This document shows, piece after piece, positions 1 through 13,265 of a stretch of 64,000 nt of DNA; positions within the stretch are counted from its first letter, which is position 1, and each line of letters begins with the position of its first letter. Both the position numbers and the translations under genes were made by a program. The notes under the pieces are model-generated. The model was given only the letters and a program-made list of their open reading frames with translations. It did not search any database and had not been told where the DNA came from. Origin of the DNA: Camelus ferus (Eukaryota); assembly GCF_009834535.1 (NCBI RefSeq), contig NC_045696.1, forward strand, positions 77,440,001 through 77,504,000. Direction: 5' to 3'.

Positions 1-59
1 CTCACACTTCTCTCTTTGCCTTGGTCTTTATGAAACTCAAAAATGAACATGTATAGATT

Positions 60-551
60 AAAACCATCAAAAGAAGAGCACACAGGATAGAGTGTAGGAG
101 GCTTTCAAACATGAAGCTTCCAATTATCTGCTCCTGTGGGGTCAGGATAGCATTACTCTCCAGCATTGGTGTGTGACAAGAAGGGAAAGGGGTTGCCAAC
201 CATAGGAGTTCACCGAAGCCTTAATGTTCAGAGGGTTTTTTTTTTCTTTTAATTGGAGTTCCATCATGTGGGCATGATTAATTGCCCATATGGCTGATCT
301 TGATCTCTAGTCCCTCTAGTTTTCAACTGATACCACAAAACCTGAAGCCCCACCCTAAATCACATTGTGAGTGTTCCTAGCATAGCCAGCCCCCACCCTA
401 AGTCATATTGTTTGACTGATGACCCAAAGCCACCAGAAAAACAAAGACACTTCTAGAAAGAATGACATTCCAAAGGCTTAGAGATTATCTCTCAGAAGCC
501 AAAGATGAGAGTCAGACCACCTGGGGACAAGGTTAAATTCTTTACTACACA
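60..551. mobile_element. MER21-like ERVL LTR fragment
   Basis: Contains 'gacattccaaaggcttagagatta' and ends in 'aaggttaaattctttactacaca', which I recognise as a MER21-type terminus; left boundary approximate. Confidence 0.6.
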
Positions 552-609
552 AGAATAAAGAGCTAAGTTCTACTTTCCATAAAATTTATATGAAAGAGAG
601 GGCTCTTAC

Positions 610-2080
610 ATCCAGCTAAGATAGAATAAGAGACTTCAAATACACTTGCCTGCTTGAATCAACTGAAAAGACAGGACAATATAAAAGAGTGGTTTTTAAA
701 ATATTGTAACCTAGGCAACAAAGGGTAGTGAGCCTAAAGTATGGAAATAAACAAGGTTACTTCTATGATTGGTATAATTTAGTCCCTGGAAAATTTCTAG
801 CCTGTGGCACAGTGAGTGGATACACAGTCATAGCTTGATATTTTCCTTGAGTAGAAAACATAGAGCTGAGATCCTGGAAAGATGAGATAGCTAGAGCTCT
901 CAGGATGGCGTATAGAAGAAGAGACAGCTGAGTGGACCAAGATCTGAGATCTACAGAGAGTTCCTTGAGTTTTCAGCTGAAAAGTGATTCAGTATATGTA
1001 TTCATATTCATACCAGACAGAGTGGAAAAACCTCCTAATACATGCATTGGAATACTCAGAAGAGTATTGCCTTTGTAGTCTGACAAAGTAGGTACTTGAC
1101 TAAATGCTTCTTTGATCTCACATAAGGTAATTTTATAGGCAAGACTTGAACGAATTAAAAGGTTTCCAGGTAATTTTATTTTGTTCCAGAACAAATCTCA
1201 AGAATATTATAGGAATAAAAATTATTCAACATGTACCAAGGAAAAATATACAATGTTTTACATTCAATAAAAAAGTCATCAGGTATGCAAAGAAACAGGA
1301 AAATAGAACCCATACTTATGAGAAAAATCAGTTACTAAAAAATGACACAGAAATAACCAAGATTATAGTATTAGTAGACAAGTACATTAAAATAGTCATT
1401 TTAACTCTATGCCTTATGTTCACTAAGCTAAAAGAAATATTGAGGATAAGTAGAAACATGAAAAATTTTTTTAGAGGTGGCATTAAAATTCTAGAGATGA
1501 CAACACAAGTGTTCAAGGTAAGAAATACATAAAACACTAAGTATGATTAACAATAGATTTGACACTACAGAAAAAAATAATGAACATTAATTAAAAGCAA
1601 CGGTAACTGCCCTAAATCAAACATAGAGGAAAATAAACTGGACAAAAATAAACATAGCATTTTTGCACTGTGAGAAAACCTTAAGTGTCCAAATACACAA
1701 ATAAGTAGAGTACCCAAAGAAGAGGTAAAGGAAAGAGGAACAGAAGAAAATGCTTAGATGATAGGACTGAACATTTTCCATATTTGATAAAACTTATAAA
1801 CCCATGTATCTAAGAAGTTCAACAAATCACAAAATACAAGAAATGTGAAGAAAACTGCACTAAGGCACATGATAATCGAATTTCTTAAGACTATTTATAA
1901 AGACAAAAATCTTCAAACAACCAGAGGAAAAAAAGACAAATTACATTCAAAGGAATAATAATAAGAATGACAGCAGACTTCTGTTCGTAAATAATGTAAG
2001 CCAGAAGACAGTAGAGTAACAAAGGACTGAAAAAAAAAATCTGTCAACCTAAAATACTGGCAAAGTACAGATTTGTTCTG
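610..2080 (+). mobile_element. Old L1M (L1MD/ME-type) 5' region and decayed ORF1
   Basis: A-rich sense strand; ORF1 C-terminal-like text at 1840-2020 ('gaagaaaactgcactaaggcacatgataatcgaa', 'ataagaatgacagcagacttc'); no intact frame. Confidence 0.7.
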
Positions 2081-2129
2081 TCATGCAAAAGCAAAATGAA
2101 TTATCAGCATTACACTTGAACTACAGTTA

Positions 2130-2960
2130 ATTTATATCTGTATCATACAACAAAATATTATCTCAAGTTTGATCATAGACTTAAGGTAAAACCTAAGTAT
2201 ACAACTTCTGGAAGTAAACAGGAGAAAAATCTTTGTGTCTTCCTTGTAAAAGTACTTCTTGGATAAGACCCTAAAACCATAATGCATTAAAAAATAAGAT
2301 AAATTGACATCACCAAAATTAAATACTTATCCTCTGCAAAAGATACTATTAAGAGAATGGAAAGACAAGCAGAAGACTGGGAAAAGTATTTACAGATCAC
2401 ATATCTGATAAAGAACTTACGTCTAGAATATATAAAAAGTTCACAAAACTCAGTAAGAGAATGATCCACCCATTAAAACAAAAAGAGGAAAAGATTAGAA
2501 CACACTCTTCACCAAAGAAGATACACGAATGGTAAATAAGCACATGAAAAGTGTTCAGCATCATTAGACACTAGATAAATGAAAATTCAAATTAGAATAA
2601 GATATGCCTACGTATCTATTAAAATGTTTACATGTTAAAAATACTGATCTTATCAATTGTTTATTAGAATATAGAGTTACTGGAACTTTCATACATTGGT
2701 GGTGCAAAAACAAAAGCATACAACTCATCTGAAAAACAATTTGGTAGTTTCTAAAAAGTATATACCTGTCATACATATCAGTACTAAATATTTATCATAG
2801 AAGAGGGAAATAAATGTCCATACAAAGACTTACACATGAATGTTCATATCAGCCTTACTTTTAATAGTCAAAAGCTGGAACCAAATCAAATGTCCATCAA
2901 CAGGTTAAAGCATAAACAAACAAGTTTTTTTTTTTTTTTTATAAAATGGACTACTAAACA
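2130..2960 (+). mobile_element. Old L1M ORF2 3' end fragment
   Basis: Typical ORF2 C-terminal text ('gggaaaagtatttacagatcacatatctgataaag', 'aagcacatgaaaagtgttcagcatcattag', 'caaatgtccatcaacagg'). Confidence 0.85.
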
Positions 2961-3624
2961 TTTATAGAAAGAAAAGAACTTCAGCATGGATTGGCAAAAC
3001 TAAGTTCTTGGGCTAAATTCTGAGTTCAAAGATAATGAAGTGTGCATTGAAAGGGGGCTTTTTGGAATCAGTGGAATAAGCTGTCACGTGTAATCTTTAT
3101 CCTGACAGTATGAGGATGCTATTAAGCCTACTGTATGAGAGCAAAAAGAAAAACTTACAGATATTAAATAACTCTTTCCAAGATAATGAAACGAGTAGAA
3201 TTTTAACATAGGTAAGTTTGATGCAAAAGCCCATTCTTGCCAACTCTGCCTACAAAATATGGGAGAACAAGTGTTAAGTCTATCTTGTTCAGTATCGAAG
3301 CCTCAGTGCTCAGCACAAAATAATAACCCAATAAATACTGGATGAATTAAATAATAAATACATTTTAAATTAATTTATTTAATGTATTGCTTGTGGTACT
3401 GCTAGGACAAGGGACCAGTTTTTCTGAGTCAGAACCTACTACTTTTGCCACTACACCGTGATGTTTAGAAACACCCAGCTGATTTTCTCTAGACTGAGAA
3501 TTAATAATTTTATATACTCAGTCATTTTGTAAGATTCATGAGGAAATAAGATTAATGCATATGGAATAACAATAACTATGAAATAAGGTAATATATACTG
3601 AATAATTTAGTGAGAGAAAAAGTA

Positions 3625-3760
3625 AGAGAATTGGCCAAAGGTGAGGCTGGAGAATTAAGTAAGGATCAGGTCATAAAAGACATTTTAAACTATTCTGATG
3701 ATTTAGAGCTTTATATGAAGATATAGAGGAGATATTAAAGTCTTTTCAGAAGGAGTGAAG
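3625..3760 (-). mobile_element. L2 fragment
   Basis: 'gaggctggagaattaagtaaggatcaggtcata...gagctttat' resembles antisense L2. Confidence 0.5.
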
Positions 3761-3982
3761 TTGGAACAAATAAACTCTGTAGGGCTTAATTATGTATTTG
3801 CCTACTTTTCTATATTATGGCATAGGCATTATCTAACTATGATAATTATGAATTTACGAACTCTGTAAGAAAACTATGAAGCACATACTTTTTAAAAAAT
3901 AATTTCTCCTCAAGCAGTTTTCCAGAAAAACTTTAATGTATACTTCTCAATGTAAAGACATATTTTGTATATGCATGCATGT

Positions 3983-3984
<2 letters not shown>

Positions 3985-4019
<35 letters not shown>
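3985..4019. repeat. (AC)17 microsatellite
   Basis: Perfect dinucleotide run, read directly. Confidence 0.98.
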
Positions 4020-4024
<5 letters not shown>

Positions 4025-5419
4025 CAACCTTACTTTATTTTAATGACTTGCAGGCCCTGGTACAGTAACAGAATATCAAAGAGAAGGAAAGCAGAAAGAA
4101 AGTCAATATGCCTACCTTGACTTCTCTTTCAAGAAACTCCTTGAAATACATTTGAAAATCATTACTTTTGATTTCCTTAACCTCTCTCTAAATCAAAATT
4201 TAGCTCTGACCTAATTTCATTCTCTTTTCCCTAAAGCACTCATCTAGTGTCCTTTGATCTCTGGATACTTATTAAACTATATGTATATTTCTCTTACACT
4301 TGTTGTGTTCATGACAGTGTCCTAAATATGAACATATAAAATTATAACCACACTTTACAGAAAGTTATACAGTTGCAAAGGCACAAATATCCTGTTTTTT
4401 ACCCTTTTTCATTTTTCTTCCTGTTCTCCTCTTTTAGAGTAGACGCCTATGGAAGATAGCCATGGCCATTTTGTAAATGACCTTAAGAAAGATGTTAATC
4501 ATACACTTAGCCGTCTGTGCTGTTCTTGGAAGGTGCATTTTCCAGCTTAAAGGACATGACTTGGCCTTTTTTTTTTTTTAATAGACAAGATGATTTTCTG
4601 AAAGATTAAGAAAAAATCATTTAAGAGCAGGTAGAGTATTCACAGTGTCAATGAGTTGAGCTTACTTCCTATTTCTAAAACCTAGAGCAACCCATGAAAT
4701 GTAATAATTCTCCTGTTATACTTAATGGTTTGGTCTGTACAGGCAGGGTAATGCAAGCAAAGGACCTCAGAATCCAGAAAGGTGTGGAAGGATTGAAGCT
4801 ACCAGTAGCCCTAAGGCCATCTGGAAATCACTAGTGACATAAAGCTTTCGTTTTAATGCTTTCATGGGCCTCACACAAGTTGAGAAATCTGAATAGGTTT
4901 ACCAAAACCAAGTCTCTAGAAGGCAAACTCTTAGTGAAAGGATGAAATAGGAAAAGAACTTTTCCTTAAGTTGTTGTATCCATAAGCAAGATTTAACATT
5001 TTTTTTTTTTGACAAGTTCAGCCTCACATAAGTTTCTGATCTAAATTCACAGCACTCAGGTCTTCTGGAAACCATTAAGTTGAGAATATGTTTTCAGCTG
5101 AGAATTCTTAGATTGTTAGTACCTTCAGACACCCGAGAGAAACAAACAGAAATCATCCCAAAGGTCTCAAAGAATTCCTCAGATAATGATTTTTAAAAAT
5201 CACAGCATATACGGTATGTTATTAAAAACAAGCATTAATGATCCACAAAAGAGACAGAAACAATAGAATGTGACATATGAACACTTAAAATATTAGTGTT
5301 GTCAGATACAGAAAGTAAAATAAGTGCTTAAGTATTAGTAAAAGTGGAAGTGGACATCCATAGAGAGATTAAGAAATAGACTACAAAATAAGACTAGGTA
5401 AATTGCCAACAAAAGACTA

Positions 5420-7250
5420 CTGGTCCTGCCGTCAAGTCCCGCCGTCATGGAGCGGCACGGTGGTAGTGGTGGTGCATCACCTAAAACCCGGGGTGTGGCG
5501 GGGAGACATCTTTCTGGCCAGAAGAATAGAAAAAAGGAGACCTTGTGATCTGTGGGTGTGAAACTGCTGTTATTTTTTCTTTATTTTTGGGGACAGAGGG
5601 GATCTTCTCCAGGGGATGTCCCCAGCCATGTGGTACTGCACTAAAGGGCAGATGAGTAAATCTCTGAGAGAAACCTGTCTTTCAAGCCAGAGGACCAGGA
5701 AGAGCAGCTCCTGGGAGTCAGAGAGTGTGGGAAAAGCAGATCCTCTAACTCAGTGTATGAACCAACACAAGTTGGGCTTGCCCCTGAGCTGTGCAAATAA
5801 GACATAGTGCCAACGCATCCTAGCAAAAGCTTTGGAACGTAATCTGAAATTAGAACCACTGCCCAAGAAACTGAGACAGAACTCTCAATCTATACCCAAC
5901 CAGGTAGATTGTCTGCTAAAATGGACTCACTGTTACCAGAAGATTTTAACAGGACCCGGAGTCTTCACATCACACTAAAATGGCTGAGACACAATCCAAA
6001 ATTCATCTACATACAAAGAACCGGGAAAATTCTCAAGGGAAAGGATTATCAACAGATACCAATGGTGAGATGTTCCATATGTTGGAAATACCAGACAAAA
6101 CTTTAAAGATCTATTTTAATCATACTCCATGAGGTAAAATATATACTCTTAAATGAAAGGTAAGAGAGAAATTCTCAGAAGAGAAATAAAAACTATAAAA
6201 GAAAAGAACAATGGAAATATAACAAGTATCTGAAATTATCTATGGTACTTTGACATTGCAAAGTACAAAACATTACACAGGAAAATTGAAAAAGACCTAA
6301 ATAAATAGAGAGATATATTCATGGTTTGGAAGATTCAAAATTGTTAAGCCATCAATTCTCCCCAAATTGAAAATGTAAATTATCTAGAGTAGATAAACTA
6401 AAATTGAAAAGAGTGAAGTTGGAGGACTTCAACTAACTGATTTTGAGAATCACTATAAAGCCTCTGTAATCAAGAGAGTATTATCAAAAAGATACTTAGA
6501 TCAATGCAGGAGAACTGACAATCCAGAAATATACTTTTGTAGATTGGTGCTAGGAAAACTGTATATTTACATGGAAAAAATGAATTTTGACTCCTGCCTC
6601 ACATCATATATGAATTTAATTTGAAACATATATTGGCCTACTTGTGAAAACTAAAACAATAATATTTCTGGAAGGAATCATAGGGGAAAATCTTTGCACC
6701 ATTAGAATTTGCATGTCTTTCTTTTATAAGACATTCAGGAAACACACATGGAAAATTAATGAGTTTGATTTTATCAGAATTGAGAACATTTGCCCTTTGA
6801 AAAACTTTGAAAACAAAAGAATGGAAACAACAACAACAAAGAAGTGGGAAAAAATAATTACAATGCCAATATCTGTCAAATATGTGTGTCCAGAATGTAT
6901 AAAGTACTCTTGCAACTCAATAATAATACAACTAGCCCAATTTTAAAATAAAATATTAAGACAGACACTTCACAAAAGAAGATACAACTATGACAAATAA
7001 GCACTTGGAAAGGTGCTCAGCACCATCATTGATCAGGAAGGTATAAATTTAAACTTCAATAAGCATGCCTATATACCTATTAGAGTAGCTACATTTTAAA
7101 AACCTGATAATAAGAGTTGATGAAGGTGTGTAGCAGCTGGAACGCTCATGCACGCTAGTGGGAATGTAAAATGGTGCCATCACTTTGGTAAACTTCTTAG
7201 TTACAATATAAACACACACCTGCCATGGAGCCCAGCCATTCTACTTCTAC
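5420..7250 (+). mobile_element. Old L1M: 5'UTR/ORF1 start (5420-6230) joined to an ORF2 3' part (6260-7250)
   Basis: 5'-type text ('ccagaggaccaggaagagcagctcctgggagtcagagagtg', 'atgttggaaataccagacaaaactttaaa') is followed by ORF2 text ('tggaggacttcaactaactgatttt', 'cacttcacaaaagaagatac'). Confidence 0.75.
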
Positions 7251-8614
7251 CTCCTCAAGAGAGTGGTCTGTTAACTACTTTTCTTCCAGGCTTAATGAAA
7301 GTTCTGTAGTATCTTTGCTGTGATATAAACAACCAAGTTTAGATTAAGCATTAGCAGACCATGCCAAGCCTTTTTATGTTTTTTAAATTAAAATATATCT
7401 TAATTAAAAATATGATATTTTATTACAGATTTTAGTAAGACATTTTCTTTTGACTTTAAAAATCTTGGAAAGCATATTTTACAGAACAAATTTTGTAATG
7501 CAGGCTATGGTACAAGACATAGAAAACTTTCATTATTACCTGTGATTTTTATCCTTAAAATACCTCTTAACAGTTGTATTCCTATTATTTCCTATAGTGT
7601 TGATCATTTTAAAATATAATGTGATAAAATCATTAATAAAAATAAGTCTTTATTATTCCTTATTAATATTTTAAAGCAAAATGAGATCATCAGCCCTTTT
7701 TTCAAAACTTCAACATCCCATAAGCTAAATATTCTCTTCCTATCTTAGGTAGTTTCTTTGCCTCACTGTTTTTTTTTTTTTTTTTAAGCAAAGTTTTCAT
7801 ATGAACAATTTCTAATAGACTTTCTAGATATACAGCATCTTATTAAAAATTCATGCTGTCCAGAATATAAGAAGGTCAGAAAATGCCTTTGAATTTATGC
7901 CATGGTCTTTTCGATAATTCATTCAGGTTTTAAAAGGGAAATTCCTCATTAAGTAAAGGACCTAATGCTTATTAATTTATATGCTTAAGCAAGGAACACC
8001 ACTAATCCATTTATTAAATATCAAAGACCATATGCTTTCACCCCTTGTCCTTGCTTATTGATTAATTTCCTTATGTCAATATACATGAAAGCAGGGGGAA
8101 AAATACAGTAACCTGGGTAAGTTTCTGATCTCATTTTTGAACTTAATGAAAGATGGCACTTCTTTACATTCCTGTGCAAAAGCCCAGGTGACACAATTCA
8201 AAATGAGTTTTCTTGTGTAAGTGTGGATTTTTCAGTGTTCGAGCAATGTGATGCAATCACTTAGACATAATGAAGATGATATGTAGAAGCTGGGGAAGTG
8301 AATGTAATGGAGGCAGGAATGGACTGTGACATGCGAGTCTCAGTCCTCCAGATTTAACACATTCCTCATGGAAATGGTTAATGCATCAGGGTTGCTCAGA
8401 GCATGTTAACTGGAGCTAACATATGTGGAGAAGACAAGGGGGTGAAGCAGAGGGGAGGAGCTTTTTGGTCAAATCGGGTTAAGAAATGTTTGGTAAAACA
8501 TAGATATAAATAGACAGATAAGGATATGTACAGATACATACATATAAAAACACATATTTCCTTCCTGGCTGGTTGGCAGGTTGTATATGTATTTGTCTAT
8601 TTGTTTGTTTTGTC

Positions 8615-9074
8615 TGTATTTATCAGTTTAGGTTATTTTCACTGCAAGCAAAAGAAAGACATTGCCTAAATTGAGCAGAGTTGGAACATAATTGTACTTT
8701 ATCTTGTAGCTGACAGAATTAACAAGGATGGAGAATAGGCTTGGAAAATGCAGACCCAGGATCTGGGTACTAAGAACGTAACAAAAATCCTTTTAGGGAA
8801 CAACCATGAAATGCTTGAGCTCCAACTGTCTTTCGGTTTATTATTTCAGCCCTTGGGTCTTTCAGGTTGAGATTGAAAATCATAGGAGATAGAATTCAAT
8901 TGGCTAGTTTGGGTTACATATCAAGCATTTTTGTATATAAAAGGCCCCTTTCACTTACAATCCCACCAGGACTGCACATAACAGAGAAGAAGTAACTGCA
9001 GGAAAGAGATCAAGGTGCTGTTTTCCAATGAAAGGAAATTCTGGATAACTTTAAAATATAATAAAACTCACTAC
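8615..9074 (-). mobile_element. Old MaLR LTR (MLT1J/K-like)
   Basis: Starts 'tatcagtttaggttattttcactgcaagcaaaagaaa', contains 'attggctagtttgggttacat', ends 'ctcactaca'. Confidence 0.55.
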
Positions 9075-9392
9075 AATGCAGTATTCCCAAGAATATTTTT
9101 GTATGTGTTGTTTCCAAATTTTTATTTGAAATTGACACTTTGTGGGCTTCTATTTGTATCTTTTTCAGAACTTCCATTTGACAAGTAATGTGTTAAGATA
9201 CCTCCTGTGGGAAGAGCTGTCTTAGGAGCACAGTTTTAGAGGTCAGGCTACGTGGTTCGTAGAGGAAACATTCACCTAACATGAATCAGTGCTGTTTTTG
9301 TAAAAGGTCTATTAAGTCTCTAGGATGCCTATATCATAACTTTCTGTGTGTGTGCGTAACTGTGCACGTGCAGGTGAGTAGGAGAATGAAGT

Positions 9393-9799
9393 TGTCTTAT
9401 TTGGCTCGGGGTGCTTTCTCATCACTGTAGACTGGATGGATTAAACAGCTGACTTTCTCACAGTTATGGAGGCTGAGCAGTCTGAGGTCAGGGTGCTGGC
9501 AGATTTGGTGTCTGGCGAAGTCTGGCTTCCCTGCTTGTACGCAGCTACTTCCTTGCTGTGCCCTCACGTGACCATTCCTTAGTGCCTGCATATTAGGAGG
9601 TCAGGCTGAGGGGAGAGAAAGCCCTCAAGTCTCTTTCTCTCCTTATAAGGTCACGGATCCCATGATGAAGGCCCTACCCTCATGATCTCATCAAAACCCA
9701 AGCACCTCCGGAAGGCCCCGTTGCGTAATACCATGACAGTGGAGGATAAGGTTTCGAGATAGGAGTTTTGAGGGTAATACAAGCATTCAGTCCTTACCA
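9393..9799 (-). mobile_element. MaLR solo LTR (MLT1A/B-like)
   Basis: 'ttctcacagttatggaggctg', 'ccttataagg', 'ccctcatgatctcat', ends 'cattcagtccttacca'; flanks gaagt/gaaat fit a 5-bp target-site duplication (TSD) with one mismatch. Confidence 0.85.
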
Positions 9800-9944
9800 G
9801 AAATCTTTTATACTTTAATGTAAAAAAGCAAAGAGAGATTCCACTTTATAGGCCTTTTTACCAAATATGTTATCTTCCACACTTGTTAAATAGAGAATGA
9901 AAAGAAGGAGGGATAGTACTAACAACAGTGACAGCAGGAGTAAT

Positions 9945-10120
9945 TAGGGTTTACTGAATGTTTTCTGAGTGCCAGGCCTACCTTAATTACTTTGCATTCA
10001 TTATTCTACTTAATCATCACAACAATCCACGACTCTTATTAATATTCTAATTTTACAGACGAGGAAATAAGAACAAAAAAGTAGCTTGCCTAATCAAATG
10101 GCTAGTAAAGTAGAGAGCCA
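9945..10120 (-). mobile_element. MIR SINE
   Basis: MIR core 'attttacagacgaggaaa' and 'tttactgaatg...gtgccaggc'. Confidence 0.8.
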
Positions 10121-11599
10121 CAAGACTTTATTTTTGTGAATATAGAAAAAGTATCTTATTTAATGGCTCATGCTTTCTTATTTATTTATTTATGTATTTG
10201 AAGAGTGTGTAGTGAATGTCTGCTGAAAGTGCAAATCATTTTAAATTACTGTTACTGTTCAGAGTGTTCATACAACTCCAGACTTTCAGTGCCAGAAACT
10301 TTGGCTAACTGAGTATTTATTAAAGTAACAGAAAAAAGCACCTTGTCTAACTGAGTGTAAAAATTGTTATAGCTTCTGGCATATACTTCTTTTCACCTGA
10401 TTTATTAGCCTTTAAAAACATGCAAAATTAAATATGTGCATCTGACACCTCTGTAAAGATTATGGTTAATTCATTTTATAATCACATCTCAGGCGTTTTA
10501 TGAGAGCTGGATGACTTCAAATCTGATGTGGAATATGGATCTTTCACTCACTCAATTTGATTATGATCAGGAGGTCCTGAGCCATGGAGAGAGCATTTAT
10601 TTCCTGCATAGTTTACGAAGGCAATATTTATACATAGTTATCCACAATTTGAAGAATTTTTGAAGGGAAATGCCAAAGCTTATTTCTCTTTCACAGTGTG
10701 TTTACCGGCTTCAAAAATAAATGGAAGTCGTTAAGAAGTTATTTTCAACAATCATATTTCATTCATTCAAAGAAAGAAGAACTTGCTCAAGGCCATAATT
10801 TCTAAAGCTAGTTTTGTGACAGACTAATACATTCTAATGGAACTTAAAGCACTCCCCCAGATGCCAAATGTAAACTGTTATAAGATGGCAAGAAGGTGCA
10901 CTTTTTACCTTTTATGTGCACATGTACATGATTCCTACTTGCGTCATGTAGTTCAGACTGAATCGCCTATGATTTGCAAATTGGCAATATGTCATTAAAT
11001 TCCTATTGCAAGCCAGAAAACAAACTTGTACATCTCTCATACTCTCTGTGGCCATTGGAAATAGAATACAGAAGGAGAATATAATCAAATCTATAAAATG
11101 GCAATATATAATTATTTTCTTCAAGAAATATCAACTAACTATATTAGAAGAGGACTAGAAACCTTCACTTCTAATTTCATTTCTGATATTAAGTAGTTTC
11201 ATAATCTCAAACAAATTGCTTGGCCCTCTGAACCATGTGTTAAACGAATGTTAGACCTGTAAGGAAGCTAGTGGGAAAAACTGTCCAAATTTTTACCACA
11301 CAGCCAGCACCCAACTTTCACAGTTTCTCAAAGGAAGTCACTCCGTTTGGTTGAAAAATTCCAGTTGTAAGAGAGCTACTTACCTTAAGGATAAGTCATT
11401 CCTTATGTGTGAATGATCTGAGGCTTGACTTGAGGTTAGTTCTTAGCCAAACATTTTTTGCTTCTTGTGGTCACTGCACACACTTATTTCCAAGTTGAAA
11501 GTTCAGCTCATTTAATCTTTTTTTTTTTAATATTACCACACTTCAAGATCCTATTTTATCTTATTTATTTTTTTTGACAAATTTGTTTACTAACACTTT

Positions 11600-12330
11600 A
11601 AAAAAATTAGCATCCAGAATTTCATGTCCCATATGACCTGAGCAGAGTGAGGGTAAAACATATTCTGATACAGTGACTTTTCTTTTGATGCAGCTAAGTT
11701 CACATTAGAGAGGGTTGTTTTGTTTGAATAGCCACAAAACTCCAGTGTTTCATAATGAACATACAAACTGCCAAATTCCTGTTTCTTTTAACATGGGTGC
11801 TACTAAAGCCACAAGACCATTATCCTGTACTTTCATAGCCAAATCTTTAACTCAGAATCCAAGAGTAAGCTTTCTTTCCTCTATTAAACATTACTATTTT
11901 AGAATAAGGTTATTTTAAAAGTTGACCTTTGTCATACCAGCTATTATACGTTGTTCATAATATTATGTCACCATAGTTTTTATAAGTCAGCCTCCTCCTA
12001 CTCACATCATTGATAAAGATTTTGCAACTGTCAAAGTAGAGGATTAGAGTTTATATAGGACACATTTCTTCCCTCCCTCCACACACACACCCCACACACC
12101 CTTTAGATATACTTTGGATAGTAGCTTAACCAGACAGAAATCAAACTACTTTTATTATCATGTAGCATTAAATTTTTTTCTGCAATACAATCAAGATTTG
12201 TTAAATGCCTTGCTGAAACCAGCATTCAGTATATCTGTGATCTTGCCTTGATTATTAGTCTACAAATTATATCAGAAAATAAAAGTTGGATCTGAGTATT
12301 GAACGATTTGTTTTCTAAGAGCCCTCAAAC
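11600..12330 (-). mobile_element. Degenerate L3/CR1 LINE fragments
   Basis: 'tgacctgagcagagtgag', 'ttgatgcagctaag' and 'ttgttaaatgccttgctgaaacc' resemble antisense CR1; similar text continues at about 13400-13900. Confidence 0.5.
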
Positions 12331-12374
12331 AAGCTGCTAAATAATCTTCTGTATGAAGTGTGTTGTTCTGGAGC

Positions 12375-12525
12375 CGAGTTCTCACTCTCTGCTGCACGTT
12401 ATAATCACCTTGGAGTCTGGGGAATATGCTGATGCCCAGGTCCCACTCAGATCAACCGAATGTGAAGCTCTGCTGGGTGCCCTGAGCATGGGTAGATTTA
12501 AAACAACTCCCCTGGTGATTCTGGA
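12375..12525. mobile_element. MER5-like hAT-Charlie non-autonomous element
   Basis: 'ctgcacgttataatcacc', 'ctgatgcccaggtccca', 'ctcccctggtgattctg'. Confidence 0.75.
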
Positions 12526-12780
12526 AGTTTCTATGGCATATTTGCCTACAGCAAGACATCATACTTTGGTGGTTCAAGTTGACTTTAGCTGAACTTCATT
12601 TTATGTGGTGTGCTGACTTAAATGATTATGAATGGAATAATTATATGATATTAATTGGATGAGATGAACCTTTCCCTTTTCAACTATAAAATTATATTCC
12701 ATCAAGAGAGATGTCTCAGTTTGGTATTTATTTAACACATTTTAGTAACACTTAAAATATCCCAATTTAAAAAAAAAGTT

Positions 12781-13265
12781 TTCTTAGATTCCACATATGA
12801 GCAATCTCATATGGTATTTTTCTTTCTCTTTCTGGCTTACTTTGCTTAGAATGACATTCTCCAGGAACATCTATGCTGCTGCAAATGACGTTATGTTGTC
12901 AGTTTTTATGGCTGAATAGTATTCCATTGTATAAATATACCACATCTTCTTTATCCAGTCATCTGTTGATGGACATTTAGGCTGTTTCAGAAACAGACTC
13001 ATAAACATAGAATACAAACATGATTGCCAAGGGGGCAAGGGGTGAGAAGGGACAGACTGGAATTTCAAAATGTAGAATAGATAAACAAGATTATACTGTA
13101 TAGCACAGGGAACTATATAAAAGATCTTATGGTAACTCACAGCGAAAAAAAATGTGACAATGAATATATGTATGTTCATGTATAACTGAAAAATTGTGCT
13201 CTACACTGGAATTTGACACAACATTGAAAAATGACTATAACTCAAAAAAAATGTTAAAAAAAAAA
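12781..13265 (+). mobile_element. Young 5'-truncated, 5'-inverted L1 with a camelid-type 3'UTR
   Basis: 12781-12988 is antisense ORF2 end ([28 protein letters not shown]); 12989-13265 is sense 3'UTR plus polyA; TSD A9GTT at 12769-12780 and 13257-13268. Confidence 0.92.

Noticed and set aside
1146..1532. 128-aa plus-strand ORF
   Set aside because: It lies in an A-rich decayed L1 5'/ORF1 region and has no recognisable domain.
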